Source: Chiloscyllium plagiosum (lineage: Eukaryota). Taken from it: a stretch of DNA of 36,390 nt. The stretch is from assembly GCF_004010195.1 (NCBI RefSeq), contig NC_057749.1, positions 23,303,375 to 23,339,764 on the forward strand, in the 5' to 3' direction. Positions 30,786 through 36,390 of this stretch are shown here, piece by piece; position 1 is the first letter of the stretch, and each line of letters opens with the position of its first letter. The notes below the pieces were generated by a model. That model searched no databases. It was given only the letters and a program-made list of their open reading frames with translations, and had not been told where the DNA came from. A program made the position numbers and the translations under genes.

Positions 30786-31139
30786 ACACTGGTATATAAC
30801 CTGACAAAGCCAGTCTCAATTACTAATAACCAGGATATCTGTAGGTAGTAGAACCGATATTCTGATTTAAGGCATGTATTTATTTTTGTAGCAAACCTAT
30901 TTCCCGCTTCTAACACTGAACTGGAAGGCAATGGATCTGCAGTCTGAGTTTACTTTGTTGTGAGAAAGTGGGAATGTTTTGTTTTCTGGATGTCAGTATT
31001 CAGCTCTGTGAAGGCAGAAGCCTCCCAGTAAACCTTGTAACATTATTCAAAATACTCAGCATGACATTGTGAAGACTTCCACAGATGGTTCATTGAAAAT
31101 GTGCCCATCACAGGGGGAGAGGGTAAGCCCTAATGGAAA

Positions 31140-31245
31140 TTGCCCAGCATGGAACATCTGCAGGCCTGTGGCTGAAGAATGGACTGTAATGTTTAGCTTT
31201 TTAACTTATTTCCTTATTTTGCTATTTTTGTACCTAGGTACCTTA
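31140..31245 (+). mobile_element. Fragment of the unclassified element family also at 31520-31915
   Basis: CCCAGCATGGAACATCTGCAGGCCTGTGGCTGAAGAATGGACTGTAATGTTT matches 31766-31860. Confidence 0.7.
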
Positions 31246-31254
31246 TGGGGAGGA

Positions 31255-31350
31255 AGCGGGAGGATGGGTGTGAGAAACTTATCAGCCATGATTGAACGGC
31301 AGAGCAGACTCAATGGGCTGAATGGCCTAATCTCTGCTTCTATGTCTTGT
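31255..31350 (+). mobile_element. CR1-type 3' tail
   Basis: ATCAGCCATGATTGAACGGCAGAGCAGACTCAATGGGCTGAATGGCCTA. Confidence 0.75.
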
Positions 31351-31519
31351 GGTCAAATATTCTTTGAAATATGTAATAAGGTCTTTTACATCAAGGTATG
31401 AGTTTAGATGCAGCGTTTGCTTAAAGTCTTTTGTGTTGTGTTAGGATCACTTTAAAGATCAGTGCTGTCCACTCTCTCCATGACTGTGGCAGAGTCGACA
31501 ACATCCAGTCTCTTGGGCC

Positions 31520-31915
31520 TGATTTTCTTTTGTTTTTCCCGTTGTTTTTCCTTTTGTTTTAAGTGTTTAGATTTGTTTTGGTTACCTTCTGCAGACAGCT
31601 CGCTCATGGAGGCAATGGTGGGACAGAGCGTGGCAGCAGCTGTGGCCAGGCGTGAGCCCAGATGGCGTCCAGTGGCAAAGCCTGGTGCTCCCGGGTGGGA
31701 CTTCAGCCCGTGCAGGTGAAAATGTGCCCAGACGTGGGGGGAGGGCGTGCCCTAGTGGGGGGGAACCCAGCGTGGAGCGTCTGCAGACCTGTGGCTTAAG
31801 AAAGGACTGTAATGTTTCGCTTTTTAAATGAGTTCTTTATTTTTCTATTTTTGTACCTTTGTATGGCAACACTGTACTCCTGTACTTGAGTACAATAAAC
31901 CTAATCCTAATAATA
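31520..31915 (+). mobile_element. Unclassified non-autonomous retroelement with GC-rich body and Rex1-like 3' tail
   Basis: T-rich 5' end, GC-rich core, tail ACTGTACTCCTGTACTTGAGTACAATAAACCTAATCCTAAT similar to the Rex1 tail (reverse complement of 22775-22820). Confidence 0.55.
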
Positions 31916-31964
31916 AAAGACAGGAGGTGATGCAGCAATCTCAAGACACTGTACTCAGTAAAGA

Positions 31965-32165
31965 GCAGTAGGCAGACATCTCTCAATTAACACTGCTTGC
32001 ATAGAGCTCTGGAAACGAAAGTTACCATAGTCACAGTGAACCATAGACTGCTCTCTCCTTACAGAGCCTGAAGGCCACACCTTGAGTGAGGGTAAGACAT
32101 CAGTCAGTGCAGAAACTGAAAATCTCCAGTTTGTATTACAAACCAACCATCCAGCTAACCGACTC
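31965..32165 (-). mobile_element. Unclassified tRNA-derived SINE, decayed
   Basis: Reverse complement starts GTCGGTTAGCTGGATGGTTGGTTTG (tRNA-like head); body AAAGTTACCATAGTC...CCATAGACTGCTCTCTC. Confidence 0.4.
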
Positions 32166-32237
32166 TTCTAAACTCAACTTAAAAAAAATTCACCTGTTAT
32201 GATTTTGATTGGTATATATATATATGACGATCTTAAC

Positions 32238-32371
32238 TGAAATAACTCCCAGAAGGCCGGTATTCTGTCGCCAAGTCACCCTTTATTTACATGTGCACAG
32301 TACATGACACTGACCCAGCTCCATCACAGCTGGCTCCTAGTGTGAGCAGAACCCCTGACACTCCTGTTTAT
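32238..32371 (-). mobile_element. Partial solo LTR (R/U5 side only)
   Basis: Minus strand ends ...GTTATTTCA with AATAAA upstream; homologous to 32585-32785; truncated at CCTGTTTAT. Confidence 0.7.
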
Positions 32372-32584
32372 TTTATTTTCTCTTGAACACAAGAGTGAGA
32401 ATTTTAAAATTGAAGCATTGCTTGACAGGGAGCCAATGTAGGGCTAATGGGGTGAATGGACTGAGTGTAAATTAAGATCCAGACAATAGGGTTTTGGATG
32501 GCAGGCGAGGGAGTAGTTACCATTAACCAGAAATTCTCTTGAGTTAAACATGTAAGTGTTGGGGATACAAAAGCTGGTCAGGAG

Positions 32585-33375
32585 TAAAATAACTCCACAG
32601 AGGCCAGTACCCCACCACCAATTCCCCCTTTATTTATATGTGGAGAGTCCTTGACACTGATCCAGCTCTCTCAGAGCCAGCTCTCAGAGTGAGCAGAACC
32701 TCTCATATAAACTTCTGTTTATTTTTTTTTCTTCTTTTTTTCTTTCTTTTCTAGAGTGAATAGAACCTCTGACATTCCTGTTTATTTTTTTTAGTGCTTA
32801 TTTTTTCCCCAGCACCCATGTTGTGTGTGTGCAGGTGTGAGACACAGTGAAAGACACAAGGTGCACAAATCTTTACTCACTTTCCAACACCAGGAGGAAA
32901 GGAAACACCCAAGTGGCAATGCTGTGTGATCAAACAGTGAAGGGGAGGGTAGGGACTAAATCAAAATAGAGTTGGAGGGCGAAATCGAGGAGGTCTTCAG
33001 ACCTGCCCTCCCTCCTCCGTACCAGGTGCCCAAAGATCAGGAGCATGGGACTAAAGTGCAACCAAAAGCAGAGGAGAAGGTTTTTAAGAAAATCAAAAAG
33101 GTAGTGCAAACGCCCACACCCAATATACATATGGTTCACGGACTCCTCAGCGCCACAGAACAAGTAGTTGGGCTGGGAGTCCGTGAACCACCGCAATCTG
33201 CGGTTGCAGGGGACTGCTGCGTGCAGTACCCTCCACCCCAGATCCCCGAGAGAAAGGGACACTCCTGTTTATATCAGTCAGCCAGGGCTCCCTGATTGGA
33301 TCAGGTTAACAGCCCTAATCAGGGAACTCATATCCTATGAGGTCCACCTGGCTGACTTCATTACGATCACTACAT
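32585..33375 (-). mobile_element. Solo LTR (probably Gypsy/ERV-type) interrupted by Tx1
   Basis: Minus strand begins TGTAGTG, has CCAAT (TCCAATCAGG), TATA-like GATATAAACAGG and poly(A) signal AATAAA, and ends GTTATTTTAC. Confidence 0.7.
32786..33257 (-). mobile_element. Tx1-clade LINE 3' end with A tail and 15-bp TSD
   Basis: ORF 32930-33262 DLGWRVLHAAVPCNRRL...LFCGAEESVNHMYIGC (degenerate CCHC finger); TSD GACA(T/C)TCCTGTTTAT at 32771-32785 and 33258-33272. Confidence 0.85.
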
Positions 33376-33377
33376 TA

Positions 33378-33512
33378 ACATTTTTCAAAAGGCATACCTT
33401 TGACATTGCTGCACTCTCTCAGTGTGACACTAGAGGATCAGACTGGGTTCTGTGCTCATTCCTTAGAGTTGAAGATCTTATCCACAATGTTCTGACTAAC
33501 AGGCGAGTGAGA
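33378..33512 (-). mobile_element. DeuSINE (SacSINE1-like) 5' portion
   Basis: Reverse complement CACTCGCCTGTTAGTCAGAACATTGTGGAT...GAGCACAGAACCCAGTCTGA...CTGAGAGAGTGCAGCAATGTCAAAGGTATGCC. Confidence 0.55.
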
Positions 33513-34567
33513 TACCTTTTAATTGTGTTACCAGTATCTCAAATGAATTACTTTTTTTTATTTTCTTGCCATTTATAGATAAGCATGACATGTAGTAATT
33601 GGTGTTTTCTTCCTCACTAAAATAATACACTTTACAGTCAAACAGTGTCACTCTGCAGCTTCAGTTTTCCAGTCTGTGATGTGATCCCTTCAAAATGTTC
33701 CAGGAGGGATTTTTGCAAAATAATTTTCCTCTAAGAACATTTTAACAATCATTTCCTTAAGTAATCTACATCCTGTGACCATATCATAAACCTGTGTCCC
33801 CATTGGATTAGTTAGCCCTGGAAAACAGCGCTGATTACTGTAATCGATTACTGAAATTCACACAAGATTCCCATTCTTTCTCCTGTGAAATATCAAACAC
33901 CAGGCCCACTGGCTAAAATTGCACCAAACGTAGGAACCTTGGAACATGAACGACAATTTAGTCACTAGAATGTGCTCATTAAGATAATGGCTGAGCCATG
34001 ACCTAACGCTAGACTCCAGTCGTTGTTTCACATTCCTTCACACCTAGCCAAACAAACAATCTGCCAACCATAGGTGTAAGAGCATCTCTGCTGTCAAACC
34101 AACTAAGACAGTAGGCCTGAGGCTCTATGTACTTAAAGCACCTTAAGAGGAGACAACAAATGCACACAGCGTCTTTTTGCTAACTGAGGAGGCCGAAGTG
34201 CTAGGGAGGGTGCAGACACCTCATATGCTTCTCTCACCTTGCCAGCTATTGGATAATGCTGATGGTCAAACCGATGGACACATCCCCACCATCTATCCAG
34301 GGGTCAGGTCAGTCTGAGTCGCCTCCAGTGTCACCATTCTCTCATAAGGGTGGATGTGCAGAGGAGAGAGAAATGTCTATATTCATGGCCTGGATGGACA
34401 TATCCACTCTCCAAGCCAGGCTGTGGGTACTCTCTGGACTCTCCATAGACCTCACACTGGACATTGAGTACATGCCGCCTCCTGGAAAACTTCAGAGAAA
34501 TGCCTTCATCCTGCAGCTCAGCGTAGGTCTGGAATCCCACCAACCCCCTCAGCGACAGTGGTCTCAC

Positions 34568-34889
34568 TGTGCACATGCATGTGTGTCTGTGTGTATGTGT
34601 GTGTGTGTGTACATGCGTTTGTGTGTGTGCATATGTGTGTGAATGTGTGCATGTGTGTGTCTGAGTGAGTTTGCATGTTTCTGTGTGCAAGTGCAAATGT
34701 TTGTGTATGAATGTGTATGCACATATTTGTCTGTATGTCTGGTGTGTGTATAAGCCTGTCATTTGTGTGCATTAGTCTGTATGTATGTCTGCCTGTGTAT
34801 GCATATTTATCTGACAGTGTGTATATGTGTCTAACAATGTGAATGTGCTTTTGTCTATCAGTGTCGGTGCGTGGCCATATATCTGTCAG

Positions 34890-34929
<40 letters not shown>

Positions 34930-35125
34930 ACGCACTATGTCTGCCTGTGTATGCATATTTATCTGACAGTGTGTATATGTGTCTAACAATGTGAATGTGC
35001 TTTTGTCTATCAGTGTCTGTGCGTGGCCATATATCTGTCAGTTTTGTGTGTGTGTGTGTGTGTGTGTGTGCGCACGCACCGCGCATGTGTGTTTATCTAT
35101 CCGTCTGTCTCTGCGCCTGTGTGTA
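34568..35125. repeat. (GT)-rich low-complexity tract containing a ~150-bp tandem duplication (34784-34935, 34936-35079)
   Basis: Two near-identical units TATGTCTGCCTGTGTATGC...(TG)n CGCACGCAC that differ mainly in TG number. Confidence 0.95.
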
Positions 35126-35708
35126 AATTACTGACAGCAGTTTGCGACCCCAGATCTACTCTCAAACGGAAATGGCAGTGACTGATCTGACCCCTGAGGA
35201 ACACTGCCTCCCTCCTCAGGATTGGACAATGGTCTCCTGCGATGGAAACACTCTGTTCCTGGAACTGTCAGAGAAAAATGTAATGGCTTTTTCTTTTTGC
35301 TCCTCCATAGCCAAGACTCCAGAATGCACATGGCACATAGACACCACCCCATATGCTCCCTCGTGCCTAGTCATGAGGGCACCCACCATTGCACTGCTGC
35401 CTCACAACCGATGGTGGAATAGCTGGCGTGCTGCCGTGCCAATTGCCGAGAGATGTCCTCCATGGAGTGGTGTATACTAGGGCCCCACCAATAGTGCAGA
35501 CCATTTTCCACACGGATGTTTCGCACCTGCACGGGCACAAGAGAGGAATGTGAATTGCCCCAGAAGGCCACGCACAATGATTAAACAGCTGGCATCCTGG
35601 TGGCAGTCCCTGTAGCCATGCCATACATGTGCCATTGCGAGAGGCATCAGTGTCAGACACCTGCCCATTGACAGGGTAGTGTCCTGCTCCTTTCAGAGGG
35701 AGTTGCTG

Positions 35709-36390
35709 CAACCCTCACTCCGGCATCACCAACTCTCACTCCGGCATCACCGACCCTCACTCCGGCGTCACCGACCCTCACTCTGGCATCACTGACCCTC
35801 ACTCCGGCATCACCGACCCTCACTCCGGCATCACCAATCCTCACTCCGGCATCACCGACCCTCACTCCGGCATCACTGACCCTCACTCCGGCATCACCAA
35901 TCCTCACTCCGGCATCACCGACCCTCACTCTGGCATCACCAACCCTCACTCCGGCATCACGATTCTCACTCCGGCATCACCAACCCTCACTCTGGCATCA
36001 CCAACCCTCACTCCAGCATCACCGACACTCACTCCGGCATCACCAACCCTCACTCCGGCATCACTGAGCCTCACTCCAGCATCACCAACCCTCACTCCAG
36101 CATCACAGACCCTCACTCCGGCATCACTCCAGCATCACCAATCCTCACTCCAGCATCACTGACCCTCACTCCAGCATCACTGACCCTCACTCCAGCATCA
36201 CTGACCCTCACTCCAGCATCACTGACCCTCACTCCAGCATCACTGACCCTCACTCCAGCATCACTGACCCTCACTCCAGCATCACTGACCCTCACTCCAG
36301 CATCACTGACCCTCACTCCAGCATCACTGACCCTCACTCCAGCATCACTGACCCTCACTCCAGCATCACTGACCCTCACTCCAGCATCAC
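35709..36390. repeat. 21-bp minisatellite, about 32 copies, running off the window end
   Basis: Unit CACCGACCCTCACTCCGGCAT changing to CACTGACCCTCACTCCAGCAT; explains the GVRVGDA/GVRVSDA ORFs. Confidence 0.97.

Noticed and set aside
34331..35086. His/Thr-rich ORFs
   Set aside because: Translation of (CA)n-rich low-complexity DNA.
35653..36379. GVRVGDA/GVRVSDA repeat protein
   Set aside because: A consequence of a 21-bp unit without stops; no unique flanking coding sequence or splice context identified.

Overview
Eukaryotic, repeat-dense, apparently non-coding (intronic or intergenic) DNA from a cartilaginous fish. The HE1 (V-SINE) tRNA-derived SINEs, which share a 3' tail with CR1/HER1-type LINEs, point to a shark. 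I found no convincing intact protein-coding gene: the ORF track is explained by decayed retroelements (CR1, Rex1/Babar, Tx1, L2), SINEs and tandem repeats. The most interesting signal is a set of short Penelope-type terminal-repeat elements carrying minimal hammerhead ribozyme motifs (CUGANGA-stem II-GAAACGUC). There are four copies of one family, two of them ~180-bp palindromes, three with exact 12-13 bp target-site duplications and one with an intact core, plus a degraded copy of a second family. Other points of note are an almost perfect 72-bp inverted repeat 1.2 kb apart that matches no other repeat I recognise here, a 29-bp hairpin-unit minisatellite with an internal inversion, a solo LTR interrupted three times at its TATA box by poly(A)-type insertions, a locally templated 72-bp insertion inside a SINE, a micro-inversion in a CR1 tail, and a deep nest of CR1 insertions. 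All calls are by eye and from memory of family consensus sequences; boundaries of old repeats are approximate.
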